From assembly GCA_002104945.1 (NCBI GenBank), contig MCFH01000047.1, positions 124,001 to 188,000 of the forward strand: 64,000 nucleotides of DNA. The letters run 5' to 3'. Position 1 is the stretch's first letter. Each line of letters begins with the position of its first letter. This document shows, in pieces, positions 1 to 12,514 of the stretch. This DNA comes from Piromyces finnis finn (taxonomy: Eukaryota; Fungi; Neocallimastigomycota). The position numbers were made by a program, and so were the translations under genes. Below the pieces are notes generated by a model. The model had not been told where the DNA came from and searched no databases. It saw nothing but the letters and a program-made list of their open reading frames with translations.

Positions 1-1369
1 TTATTAAAGAAATGTATAATAAAGAATATATATACATTATTTTTTGAATACTATTTTTTTATTCATATTATTCATATATAAATATAGCATTAAAATTAAA
101 AGGTATAAAATAGGAATATATATGTCCATCTATATTATATCTTAATTTTCATTAAAACTTTATAATTTTAACTAATAACTATTAAATATACTATTAATAA
201 CATCTACTTCCTTTAATAGAATACCAATGCATATCAGGCTTTTTTTTATTCCATAATTTTAAAAAAGAAAATTATAAAAAGATAAAAAAATCATATTAAT
301 AAATCAGTAAATAGTATTGTTATATTATACGAAATGTAGTTAGTGTTATATAATATTATTAAATAAAGTTGAGCTACTTATTCTCTTATAATATTCACAT
401 TGAAAAGTAATAATCTTGTTTTTAGTAACAGTAACATGTATTACTTTTATATTATTTATATAATTATCCTAACCCTAACATATTTTAATATTTTTGTGTC
501 ATATGACATTTATTTAACCCAACCCACTTATTTAAATTGGATTACAAATACTATATTTAGAATAATAAAAAATCAAACTTTTGTAGATTAAAAAAAAAAA
601 AAAAGTAAAACATTGTCATAGTTATTAAAAATATCACTATTATTTCTATAAATAATAAATAGAATTAGAAAGGAATTGTAACTATAACCTCAACTATTTT
701 CTTTTCATAACTATAAAAATACGTTAAATTGTAATTATTTTTATTAAAAAATATAGTATTCAATTTATTATCAAAATTATTTTTTATGATAAAAATACTT
801 TTTATTATTAATTTTATATATTAAATATAAATATATAACGCTTAATAATATATATATTATATACTATTATATGATTTATTATTTATTTTGTTTCAATATA
901 TATAATTAAACACCATTCTATTAGGTATCTTTGTATATGGTAGAAATGACTTTTTTACCCGATACAAAAAAATTATTTTATAAACTTTTAATAATTAATA
1001 TTAATGAAATTATAGATTTCATGGCATGATTGTAAAGTAAAATTTCTCCAAAAAATCATAAAATTTATTCATCCATATCTGTAAAAATAATTGGATAAGA
1101 AATTTATTAGAAATAGAAATAATAGCTATTATTATAAAAAATTATGTAAAAAAGTTTTTATAAGAGTAATAATAAAAATATAAAATAATTGCTATATTGT
1201 AATATTAAGTTTATTTTTTTTTTAATGATTTATATTTAATAGTATATTCAGGTTAAATCCCCTTTTAAAAGATCAATTTTCAAAATTACCATATTTTTAT
1301 AATATGAATAAATAATAAATTAATATATTAATATTATTGGCTATTGAAATCTTTATAAAATTTAACTTT

Positions 1370-1405
1370 GCATTTTTATCCAAATTATAAAATGTGGATA
1401 AATTT
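1370..1405. promoter_or_regulatory. Candidate cis-element: inverted motif gcatttTTTATCCA..tgTGGATAAAttt about 870-900 bp upstream of PFL1
   Basis: The same two half-sites recur at 27682-27722, although the surrounding sequence is no longer alignable. Function is inferred only. Confidence 0.4.
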
Positions 1406-1701
1406 ATTATGTATAAAATGCAGACTTTTTTATTTCATATTTTTATATTTTTATTAATCAATTTTTTAGGAATTAAGATATGTTATTTATTTCTTTTTAA
1501 TAATATTATACATTCCTTTCCCTTTTATCTACTGTTTTATTTTATAAGAAAAAAAAATAAAAGTTTTCTATAATATTTATAATATTTATTAATTAAAAAC
1601 TATAGGTATTATTAAACAAAGAAATTTATTTTTAAAATTTATAAGACATACATCTATTAAAACTATTTTATGAAAATAAACATAAAGATATCTGATTGAT
1701 A

Positions 1702-4700
1702 TATAATAGTTTAGGCATATTTTAATAATTTTCAAAAAACTATACTAGGAATTGAATACGAAATTTTTAAAATTCAAAATGTACAAAAATCAATTACATT
1801 AACCAATAATGTTAATTTAAACATAATGATTTTTGTACATTTTCGTTAATATAGAGTTTAAAGAAAAAGTTTTAAAGGATCTTTACACGATGATTAAAAT
1901 TAATTTAATTATATAATATATTACAATATATTACAATATTATAATTATTTTATTAATGTTTTAGTAAATTTTTCCTTTAAAAAATTTTTAAATAATAATA
2001 ATTATAATAATAGTATTAATGATAAATTTTTAATATAAATACGAGATTATTTTCCAAGTTCAAATTTATAATTTGTAAAAAATAAAATATTCATATAGAA
2101 TAGTAATCATTCAAAGAAAAGAAAACATATTATACAAGTTTAAAATAAACTAGATTTTATATCAAAGATTAATAATTACATTTAAACATTTAAATAATAG
2201 TCAAATAAATAAGTTTAATTTTTACAAATACATAATATAAATACATAATACATATAAATATAAATAATTAAAATGGAAAGTTTAACTTTAAATCAAGTAA
2301 GTAACACTATTGCTAAATCAGTTTCAGTTAGTGCTGTTACTGCTTCAAAGTTTGCCGGTATTAAATTACCTAAATCTTCTCGCGCCATTCATACTACCTC
2401 AGTTATGAATAATATTTCGGGTTTCAAGACTACTACCACTACTACCACTGCTTCTACTGCTTCATCTACCTTTAATTCTATTCAAAATAAATCTTATGCT
2501 ACTCAAGTTGAATCTGAAATCACCGATGATGCTATGAAAAAATCGGAAATTGATGTTGAAGGTTGGATTAAAAAACATTATACACCTTATGAAGGTGATG
2601 CTACCTTCCTTGAAGGTCCAACTGAAAAAACTAAAAAACTTTTTGCAAAGGCTGAACAATATTTGACTAAAGAACGTGAAAATGGTGGCTTATACGATGT
2701 TGATCCTCATACTCCTTCAACTATCACTTCTCATAAACCTGGTTATCTCGATAAAGAAAATGAAGTCATTGTTGGTTATCAAACTGATGAACCATTAAAA
2801 AGAGCCATCAAACCATTTGGAGGTGTCAATATGGTCAAGAATGCTCTTGCTGCTGTTAACGTACCAATGGATGAAAATATTGAGCATATCTTTTCTGATT
2901 ATCGTAAAACTCACAACACAGCAGTTTTTGATCTTTATTCTAAAGAGATGAGATCTGGTCGTTCTAATGCGATTATGACAGGTTTACCAGATGGTTATGG
3001 TCGTGGTCGTATTATTGGAGATTATCGTCGTGTTGCACTCTACGGTACCGATCGTCTTATTGCTCAAAAAGAAATGGATAGAGTTGAATTGCAAAAGAAA
3101 TTGATGGATGAACCTACCATGAAATTAATTGGTGAAGTTGCTGATCAAATCAAAGCACTCAAACAACTCACTCAAATGGCTAAATCTTATGGCATTGATA
3201 TTTCTAAGCCAGCAAAGAATGCAAGAGAAGCTACTCAATTCGTATACTTTGGCTATTTAGGTTCAATTAAAGAACAAGATGGGGCAGCCATGTCACTTGG
3301 TCGTGTTGATGCTTTCCTTGATTGTTTCTTCGAAAACGATTTAAAGAAAGGAATCATCAATGAAGCTGAAGCTCAAGAAATCATTGATAATCTCATTTTA
3401 AAATTAAGATTTGCTCGTCATCTACGTACTCCGGAATACAATGATTTATTTGCAGGAGATCCAACATGGGTTACCATGTCACTTGGTGGTATGGGAAGAG
3501 ATGGTCGTCCATTAGTAACAAAAACTTCCTATCGTGTTCTTAATACACTTTACAATTTAGGACCAGCACCAGAACCAAACATCACTGTTCTTTGGAACAA
3601 GGCACTTCCAAAGAATTTCAAGGACTTTGCTACTAAAGTTTCTATCGATACCTCATCCATTCAATATGAATCGGATGCTCTTATGTCAGCTAGATTCGGA
3701 GATGATTATGGAATTGCATGTTGTGTTTCAGCCATGAGAATTGGAAAGGATATGCAATTCTTTGGAGCTCGTTGTAATCTTGCAAAGCTTATGCTCTACG
3801 TTCTTAATCATGGAAAGGATGAAAGAACAGGAAAACAAGTTGGACCAGATTTTGGACCAGTTCCAGAAGGACCAATTCCATTTGAATGGATGTGGGAAAC
3901 CTATGACAAAGCCATGGATTGGATTGCAAATCTTTATGTTAACACCATGAATGTTATTCACTTCAGTCACGATCAATATTGTTATGAATCACTTCAAATG
4001 GCACTTCATGACACGGATGTTCGTCGTCTTATGGCATTTGGTGTTGCTGGACTTTCAGTTGTTGCTGATTCATTCTCAGCCATCAAATATGGTAAGGTTA
4101 CACCAATTCGTGATGCAAAGACCGGATTAACCGTTGATTTCAAGATTGAAGGAGATTTCCCAAAATTCGGTAACGATGATGATCGTGTTGATTACTTTGC
4201 TAAAACAGTCACGGATAAACTTATTACTAAACTCAGAAAGATTCCAACTTATCGTGGAGCTGAGCACACACTTTCAATTCTTACAATTACTTCCAATGTT
4301 GTATATGGTAAGAAAACAGGATCCACACCGGATGGACGTAAAGCAGGAGAAGCATTTGCACCAGGATGTAATCCAATGCATGGTCGTGAATTTTCAGGTG
4401 CTATTTCTTCACTTTCATCGGTTGCTAAAGTTAATTATGATTCATGTATGGATGGTATTTCAAATACATTTTCCATTGTTCCAAATACCATTGGTAAATC
4501 ATTAAAAGAACGACAAGGTAATCTTTCCGGATTATTAGACGGATACTTCACCAAGGGGGCCCATCATCTCAATGTTAATGTTCTTAAGCGAGAAACATTA
4601 GAAGATGCTATGGCTCATCCAGAAAACTATCCAAACCTAACTATTCGAGTATCTGGATATGCTGTCAACTTTGTTAAATTAACACCACAACAACAAAAAG

Positions 4701-5087
4701 AAGTTATTGCACGTACATTCCATGAAAAGATGTAAAAAGAAAAAATTGATTTTTTTTTTTTAACACGTTTAATTCACACCCCTATATTAACATATTAAAA
4801 AATAACCTAATTTAAGTAGTATCATAATTTAATATCATAATTTAATATAATGTCATTATTTAAATATTATTATAATTTAGTTATTTTATTATTATTAAAA
4901 ATTCATAGAAATCTAATACATTCAGTTACATTTATTATACCATTATTATTATATCCTATCATATTACATATTATTATTTTATTAAATAATTTATTAAAGT
5001 TATAAAAAGTTCTTAATTCTAAAATAAGAAAACAAAATTGGGAAGGCAAAATACAATTTAAATTTATATATTTTAGAATTAGATTTT
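1702..5087 (+). repeat. About 3.4-kb near-identical segmental copy (PFL plus about 570 bp upstream and 350 bp downstream), a direct repeat of 28161-31544
   Basis: Identity begins at tataatagtttaggcat (1702 vs 28161) and ends at tagaattagatttt (5087 vs 31544). Only scattered transitions and small indels were seen by eye. Confidence 0.93.
2273..4735 (+). CDS. pfl: Pyruvate formate-lyase, copy 1, with about 75-aa Ser/Thr/Ala-rich N-terminal extension (probable hydrogenosomal presequence)
   Basis: 820-aa intronless ORF. It has the HYTPYEGD start of the PflB core, the adjacent catalytic cysteines (ACCVS) and the C-terminal glycyl-radical motif RVSGYAV. Confidence 0.97.
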   Translation: MESLTLNQVSNTIAKSVSVSAVTASKFAGIKLPKSSRAIHTTSVMNNISGFKTTTTTTTASTASSTFNSIQNKSYATQVESEITDDAMKKSEIDVEGWIKKHYTPYEGDATFLEGPTEKTKKLFAKAEQYLTKERENGGLYDVDPHTPSTITSHKPGYLDKENEVIVGYQTDEPLKRAIKPFGGVNMVKNALAAVNVPMDENIEHIFSDYRKTHNTAVFDLYSKEMRSGRSNAIMTGLPDGYGRGRIIGDYRRVALYGTDRLIAQKEMDRVELQKKLMDEPTMKLIGEVADQIKALKQLTQMAKSYGIDISKPAKNAREATQFVYFGYLGSIKEQDGAAMSLGRVDAFLDCFFENDLKKGIINEAEAQEIIDNLILKLRFARHLRTPEYNDLFAGDPTWVTMSLGGMGRDGRPLVTKTSYRVLNTLYNLGPAPEPNITVLWNKALPKNFKDFATKVSIDTSSIQYESDALMSARFGDDYGIACCVSAMRIGKDMQFFGARCNLAKLMLYVLNHGKDERTGKQVGPDFGPVPEGPIPFEWMWETYDKAMDWIANLYVNTMNVIHFSHDQYCYESLQMALHDTDVRRLMAFGVAGLSVVADSFSAIKYGKVTPIRDAKTGLTVDFKIEGDFPKFGNDDDRVDYFAKTVTDKLITKLRKIPTYRGAEHTLSILTITSNVVYGKKTGSTPDGRKAGEAFAPGCNPMHGREFSGAISSLSSVAKVNYDSCMDGISNTFSIVPNTIGKSLKERQGNLSGLLDGYFTKGAHHLNVNVLKRETLEDAMAHPENYPNLTIRVSGYAVNFVKLTPQQQKEVIARTFHEKM

Positions 5088-6669
5088 CTCTATTATTATT
5101 ATTTCCAGTAAAAAGAAAATTTTTTTCAAAATTCTATGCTTTTTAATTTCTATTTTTATTCATGTAAATATTCAACAAGAGTATAAAATAATAAAAAAAT
5201 TATAAAATATAAAGATAATAATAATATATATATAATAATATATATCTATTTTTCTTTATTATTAATGCTTATTGAATGGGATTTATTCATAATTAAATAA
5301 ATACTATTAATACTATTATTAATAATAATAATATATAATGAAAAATAGTTATTAAATATAATTATTTCATCTAAAATTACTTCAATTTATTAAAAATAAT
5401 GTATTTATTTTATTTATTTATTTTATTTAAATTCATTTAACTAAATTTTAAATTATTATATCTTTTCATAACTTTATAAATTCCTTTTTTTTTTTTTTTG
5501 TTATAAGTTAAGGATTAACTTTTGTTTTTTAAATGGATTTTTTATTGTAATATCTAAAAAATTATAATTCATTTTTAAAGTTTTTAAAATATGAACTTTA
5601 ACCAATAAAAATTATAAACTGTGTAATTTTATTTAATTTATTTTAATTTTTGAAATTTTAAAATAGATCAATGAAAAACACGTGTCCAAATAATTTATAA
5701 CAAAATAGTAAAGTTGTCCTTACAATAATGATATATTGATTTACAACCATTACATTATATCTTTTCTTTTATATTTTTATCTTAAAAATTCTTCTTTCCA
5801 ATAAATATATCATTATTTTTAATTTTTTTGAGTATTATTAATAATAAAAAAAATTATAATGGTAATAATCGCTATGATCTCTTTATATTTAATATTTAAT
5901 TTATCTTTTATTAATTTTTCTGATATTTTATCGATATTTATATTCTAACCCTAAATAAACCCTCAAGAGATTGATAGTCCTTTTTTTTTTATTTTTATAA
6001 AGTATAGTAATAATAGTTATTTTTATACATGTGTATAACATAACTTTATAAGGAAACTAATAATTAAGATCCATAATAATATAAAAAGATATAGTAATAT
6101 CGATAGAAATAAAGAAATTGTAATAATGTATCAAAAAAAAAGAAAGTTTTAAATTAAGTAAAGATGTGTCAAATTTTCTATAATAATATATTAATCTTAT
6201 TTAGGATAAAGTTTTTTAAATGACTATGAATACATATTAATTTTTATTTCAGCATACTGTATATAAATTAATAAAATTTGGTTGAGTCATCTTTTAGTGA
6301 CTAATTTTAAAGTAATTTTTTTTTTCGATTGTTTGGTGAAGGATAAAAAAAATATCCTTAGATAACTAGGATGAAGCAATTTAAGAATCAAAAATAAGAA
6401 CATCAAATATATTATATTCATTTTTTTTAATTCAGATTATAGAGACAACTTAATATAATATTTATAACAATTGAAAAAAAAATAAAGTCATTTTGTAATA
6501 TTTATTATATCCCTTTGATATTTTTCAATTTTAATAAACATAGTCAACTTTAAAAAAATATTAAACATTTCATATTCTTAAATATTAATTATCTATCTAA
6601 TGAAAATAAATTTCATTTTTAATATTTAATATTTTATTAAAACTTTAATTTTAAATATTTTTTGTTTTA

Positions 6670-6736
<67 letters not shown>

Positions 6737-6741
6737 GTGAA

Positions 6742-6788
<47 letters not shown>

Positions 6789-6789
6789 A
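6670..6789. repeat. (TAAA)n microsatellite
   Basis: About 30 units with one variant near 6736-6740. Confidence 0.95.
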
Positions 6790-8939
6790 AAACTATCAAA
6801 ATTTCTTATTATTTTGTTAAGACCTTAATCTTTTAATCTATTTATTTTATTTATTCTTTCATATAAATAATAGATGAAATTGAAATCATATAATTGTATA
6901 CTTTTTTTTATTAAAATAACAAAATTAAAATAGTATGAATTATCACTTATTTTCTAATTTAATAGCGTATAACACCTTTATTATTATTGTTTCTTATTTG
7001 TACTATTTAATGATTCATTTTTATTTTTAATTTATATACATCGAATTAATAAAGTATTAAAGGATTTATTAATAAATTCATTTAAATGGTATAAAAAAGA
7101 ATATAAAGAACGAATTATTTTGATTTGGTTTCTTATGAAATTAGCTTTTTTTTAATGTTGACTTTTAGTAAATTACCATATAAACACAATATACAACACT
7201 AATTTATAATTATCATAAAAAAGAAAAAGAATATATATATATTTATTGCTTTTCCAATTCTATTAATATTCCAATTCTATTAATAGAATTTTTTTTATAA
7301 AGAATTACCAGCAATTCTGGTTATTTATTTTTATTTTTTTTTTTTTTATTATTTCATCTTAATTTCTTTTTTTATTTTCTCCTTCTTCCTTTTTACCTTT
7401 ACCATAATACTAAAATTATTATTATTCAAAGTTTTGTTTCCTTTTTTAATTATCTATTTATATTAGTTATTTAATTAATTTGTACATTAATAGTATAATG
7501 TAATTAATTCTGTGTATTTAAAAATTAATGCCATTGGTAAGCATTTCAAAAATGATAAATTAAAAAACGTTACACCTTGTTTCATCCTTAATCTATTAGA
7601 TATATATAAAGTTTAGTACAATATATAGCTCAATTGAATTTATCATAATTTAAATAATTAATGTAACATAGAACATTTAATTTATTATTTAACGTGGTAC
7701 TAAAAATAACTTTATTTATATTTAAAATACTAAATTCCTCTATTTTAATTAAAATAAATGAATGTAACCTAAACTTAATTTATTAATTAATCTGAATGTT
7801 GTTATTTCTCTACCTGTTTCTTTTCACTAAAATAAATTTAAAATAATAGATGGCGTTTTGACAAATCTCACCTAATGGAAGTAAACATATTTACAATGTT
7901 TGCTATACTCAATATAAAGCTTTTTTTTTTTTATAAATAAAATCATGTTGAATAAATTTTTTAAAATAGTGGCTATTTACAAAGTTAACCTACATTCCAT
8001 AATTAAATTTAAATTATTAAATTTTAGTGCATTAAATAAATGATTCTCATGCATTAATTCCATTCAAGTATTAAAAACTATTAATATAACTATTAATAAA
8101 ACTTTTTTTTTTTTTCAAAAAAAAATATTACTAACATTTTTATAAAAACTTGTAAAATGTTGATTACATTGGTATAAGTAAGGCTTATTTAAAACATAAT
8201 ATATTTTTTATTAGTAGTTATTACTTTTAAATGATTTAAAAAATAGTATTAAATTTCCATATTCTAATTAAATAGTATAATTATTAATAATTATTTATGT
8301 ATGATTTAGGCGTAGCAGGATATTTTTTATCTAGATAAATTATTTTTTATGGAAAAAAGAGAATTTAAAAATAGATCATCTTATATATAATCAATTATAT
8401 TTATAATATATTAATGTAGTATATTTTGAGTGTAATCTATCTAATAAAATAATATAAAATTTCAAAGTAATCGTTTAAATTAAAAAATTCCATTCTAAGT
8501 CAATTTTTATATTAAAATTAGCGATTAATTTAAATATAATTTTGAAAAATAAAATACATTTTTTAACATTATTTTGGTAGTTTTAAAGAATGGCGGTAGT
8601 AGTAAATAGGTTTAATAAAAAAGATATTTTATAAATCTATAAACTATTTTAAGAAAAAAAGTTTAATATTCGTATTTAACCTGTATATTTCCTAACATTC
8701 CTATTTAAAGTATTGATAATAATAGTTTTTTTTTTTTAAAAATAAACAATATTTCATTAGTTAATCATTAAGAATATAATTATTTACTATAATTCATATA
8801 ATTTATAGGAATTCACAATATTTAATTTATGTGTATTTAATAAAATTTATTATAATTCATCATTTATTCATTATATGTTATATAATGGGTAAATGTTTTT
8901 TTTTTGTAGGACAAATAAATCGCATTATCCTCATTATTG

Positions 8940-9013
8940 TAAACTATTTGGAGATTTGGCAAGGTACGGTTTACCATAAACTATTTGGAGATTTGGCAAG
9001 GTGCGGTTTACCA
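8940..9013. repeat. 37-bp tandem duplication (2 copies, 1 mismatch)
   Basis: taaactatttggagatttggcaaggt(a/g)cggtttacca occurs at 8940-8976 and 8977-9013. Confidence 0.95.
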
Positions 9014-9222
9014 TTTTTTTATTATTTAATGGAGAGAAATGATATGGCTTTGATATTCAAATTGTGAATCTTTTATTTTGTTCATCTCTCTTGCCTTCCC
9101 ATTCTTATTTAAATTTAAAAAATTTATTGTATTTATAATGAAATTAATGGAATTATGTCCATTTCCTCTTTTTACCTACCCCATCGTTCTATTCTGCTGT
9201 TTGTAGTGTGAAGGTGCACAAT
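8940..9222 (-). pseudogene. Possible decayed retroelement integrase fragment
   Basis: GC-richer island. Minus-strand frames give CAPSH / TTNSRIERWGR and FSP..IVYGKPYL with stops and frameshifts, loosely resembling the integrase motifs PYHPQTNG..ER and TPF..VYG. Weak, by-eye match. Confidence 0.25.
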
Positions 9223-9924
9223 TTCATTTAAATTTACCTATAAAAAACCTCTCATACCTTTCTATTATTTATCAAAGTTATTTATTTACTTACTATAGAT
9301 ATTTATTTAAATAAATAAAATTCATTCACTTATTTTTCTTTTTGCTATGGTTATTATTATCATGTACTATTTTATATTTATTTATCAAGATTGACATTTT
9401 ATTATTTATTTATAGTAATCATTAATTATAATATATCACACAATATAAATTAATTTATATTTTTCATTATTATCATTATTTTTAAAATTTCAAAATAGAA
9501 TTGAATTTTTCCTTCTATTTCGATATATTTTAATTCTATTTTAATTTATTATTCTAATATATTTCCTATTAGATTATTGATATTAATAGAGTATATTATA
9601 ATTTATATATGAAAGGAATAAACAATTTAATTCTAGTGTAGACTTTTAAAAAATCCTATTATTTAAAATTCTGACCTATAATTAAATATTAACAAATAAA
9701 ATTATTGAAAATACTATTTAGATTTAATTCATTTTAATATATAATATTTATATATTAATTTATATTGATTCTATAGCGATTTTTTGTCTATTAATCTATA
9801 GTTTAAAAAAACATATAAATTATATATAAATGATTATTTAAATAAAATGCTTTTTATATATGAAAGTATAAATTAGAATCAAGCCTGACATGGTATAGTG
9901 AGGTAAAATGAAGAAAATCAAAAT

Positions 9925-10002
9925 AGTAAATGATTTGATTTTTATTTATTTATTTATTTATAAAGTAAATGATTTGATTTTTATTTATTTATTTATTTAT
10001 AA
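9925..10002. repeat. 39-bp perfect tandem duplication
   Basis: agtaaatgatttgatttttatttatttatttatttataa occurs at 9925-9963 and 9964-10002. Confidence 0.9.
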
Positions 10003-12514
10003 AAAGTAGTTTTTATTATGGATTACCTTCCTTTTTTAAATTTAATTTTAATATCTATATTTATATAAAATTGTCATTATTGTTCTATCAAAAAATTACG
10101 GCGGTTATTCTTCCATTTGACGGTGTATCTTATTTAAATAATTAATTATTTTGTTAACCTCCTGTTTTCTCTCTTCCTCTTTTGGATGTTATTGAATAGT
10201 GATAAGAATGTACAATAATATTGTTCAAAACCTTTTAATTTCAATAATTTATGTAATGTAATGGATAGTGTATATAATGAATTGAATACATAATATATTA
10301 AAAAACATTTTTAATATATTATCAACAAACATTCAATATATTAAAATGAATAGTTTAATTTATATTATATTAATGTAATATAAAGAAATTTCATATAGTA
10401 TCATTTAATACTATTGATTAAAATTAGACTCAACTAAACATTTAATATTATTAAATTTAATATATAGATATATTATATCATATTAAACTCTATAATAAAC
10501 TATTAATATTAAAGTAATATATTAAAATATATTGAACTTTTAAAACAAAGTTTAAATTACCAAAATTCTTTTCTTCAAAAATAGAAATACATTAAATTCA
10601 TTTACAATTCCATCCTAAGTAAACTTTAATTATTATAAAATATGAATTTCTATTGAATTAGGAATATGTATTATTATATATTAATAATATATTTTAAATT
10701 ATATTAGTTACATTAAAACTAAACCATCAATATACATTATTATTTATTAGAATATATTGATAGAATCAATACTTTGTAGAATTATTTATATTAATATTAT
10801 AATTTTAATATATTGTCTATTGAACCTCCTCATTTACTATCCATCTTAAACTCAATAAATTATTTATATATTGTTGCCAATATATTAATTAGAATACTAT
10901 GAAAAATATATTAATTATGTAATTATTTAGTAAAACGATATAAACATATCATATAAAATAAATAATATATTAAAGTATATTTAGATCAATTTTAATTTTA
11001 AATTAATTATATATTATTTTAATATTATAATAATACTATTGTTAAATGACAAAGATTCGTTATTTTAAATAAATAAAAAGATGAGTAAAAGTGTGTGTGT
11101 GTGGTGTGTGTATATTTGGTAAAAGGTAAGCTTAGGCTTGTTCAAATAGTTAAATATTTTTTTTTAGTTGCTTTCTCTTTCTATAGCTACTTTCATCACT
11201 AAAAATATCATTAAATAGTATGACATTATTAAGTATTATTCCTAGTTTAGGAAATAAAATAAAGAAAGGAATAACAATTAAATTATTTTAGAATGTTAAA
11301 TAAAATTTATTGTCATTTATTAATTTATAGATTTTTTATTCATTTAATTATTTTTAATAACATTTTTAAACGATTTAAAATTTTTCATAAAAATCATATT
11401 AATTAGAATTTAATAGGAATTTAATTATTATTTATTTAAACAAATAATATTTTAAAAAAATTAAGAGATAATAAAAAAATTAAAATTTCTTTTCTTTCTT
11501 ATTTTTATTTAAATATTTTTTGTTTTATTTTAAAAATTTCTTTTTTTTTTTTTTTTCAATTATTAAATTGACATTCAATATAAAGGTTTTCAGTTTTTAG
11601 TATTCTTGTTAGTAATATTTAAACATTTATTTCACCAAACTATTTATTTATTTATTTATTTATTTATTTTCAGTATTTCCGTTTCAGTTATTATTTAATA
11701 AATAAAACTAATATATAGAAAGAAAGTAGTAAAGTATTAAAAAAAAGAAAAAGAAGAAAATATATTTTATTTACTGATAAAAGCAAAAAAAAAAAAAAGA
11801 GTTAAAAACTTTATTCTTATTTAATATATCATCATATTATACGTAAAATATAAAGTGTAATATTTTATTTTTTTCGTATTATATCAAAAGGACATTTTAA
11901 CCTATACTATAACTATTATTCCAATACTATTTTAATTTAATAGTTATTCATTTATACTATTATCATTATTTTTTTTTAAATAGATATTACTATTTTTTTT
12001 GTTTCTCTCACAACTATTTATATATATAGTTAAAAAAAGTAAATATTTATTTTAAAATTTTTATGATAAAATTACTTTGTTAAAAATATCAATTCAAAAT
12101 AATAATAATATAATAATATATAATAAATTTCACGTAAAAATTGAATTTGTCATTTTCAAAGGGAATAATATTTGGAAAGTTTAGACAAATTCTCTTTTTC
12201 ATTTATTATAATATTATTAATTATTTTATTTACTTATTTAATAAAACAAAACTTAAAAGTAGAAAGGGGAAAGAATAAAGAAAAGAATAAAAGAAATTGT
12301 TTTAAAACAATCAAATAATTTTATTATATTTCAAAAAAACTTTAAAAAGATAACTAAAATAAATATTGAAAAATATTTATTTATTAAAATATTGAGAAAT
12401 AATTATTAAAGATAACAACAACAACAACAACAAAAAAGTAGCATATATATTTTATAAGCTTCTTTTTTTTTTTTTATTCAATTATTTATTTAATTATTTT
12501 ATAAAAACTTAAAA

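Noticed and set aside
468-479. Telomere-like CCTAACCCTAAC
   Set aside because: Only two units, interstitial and compatible with chance.
400-591. Short AT-rich ORFs (also 16122, 22309, 50847, 60176, 61552, 63581)
   Set aside because: F/I/Y/K-rich translations of intergenic AT tracts, mostly non-ATG starts, with no motifs.
1393-1401. Perfect DnaA box (TGTGGATAA) upstream of a bacterial-origin gene
   Set aside because: Eukaryotic nuclear context with no DnaA system. It is kept only as a generic conserved inverted motif.
8940-9013. CRISPR-like 37-bp repeats
   Set aside because: The two units abut with no spacer, there are no cas genes, and the host is eukaryotic.
9891-9915. tRNA A-box-like string (atggtatagtgagg)
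   Set aside because: No cloverleaf, anticodon arm or B-box follows.
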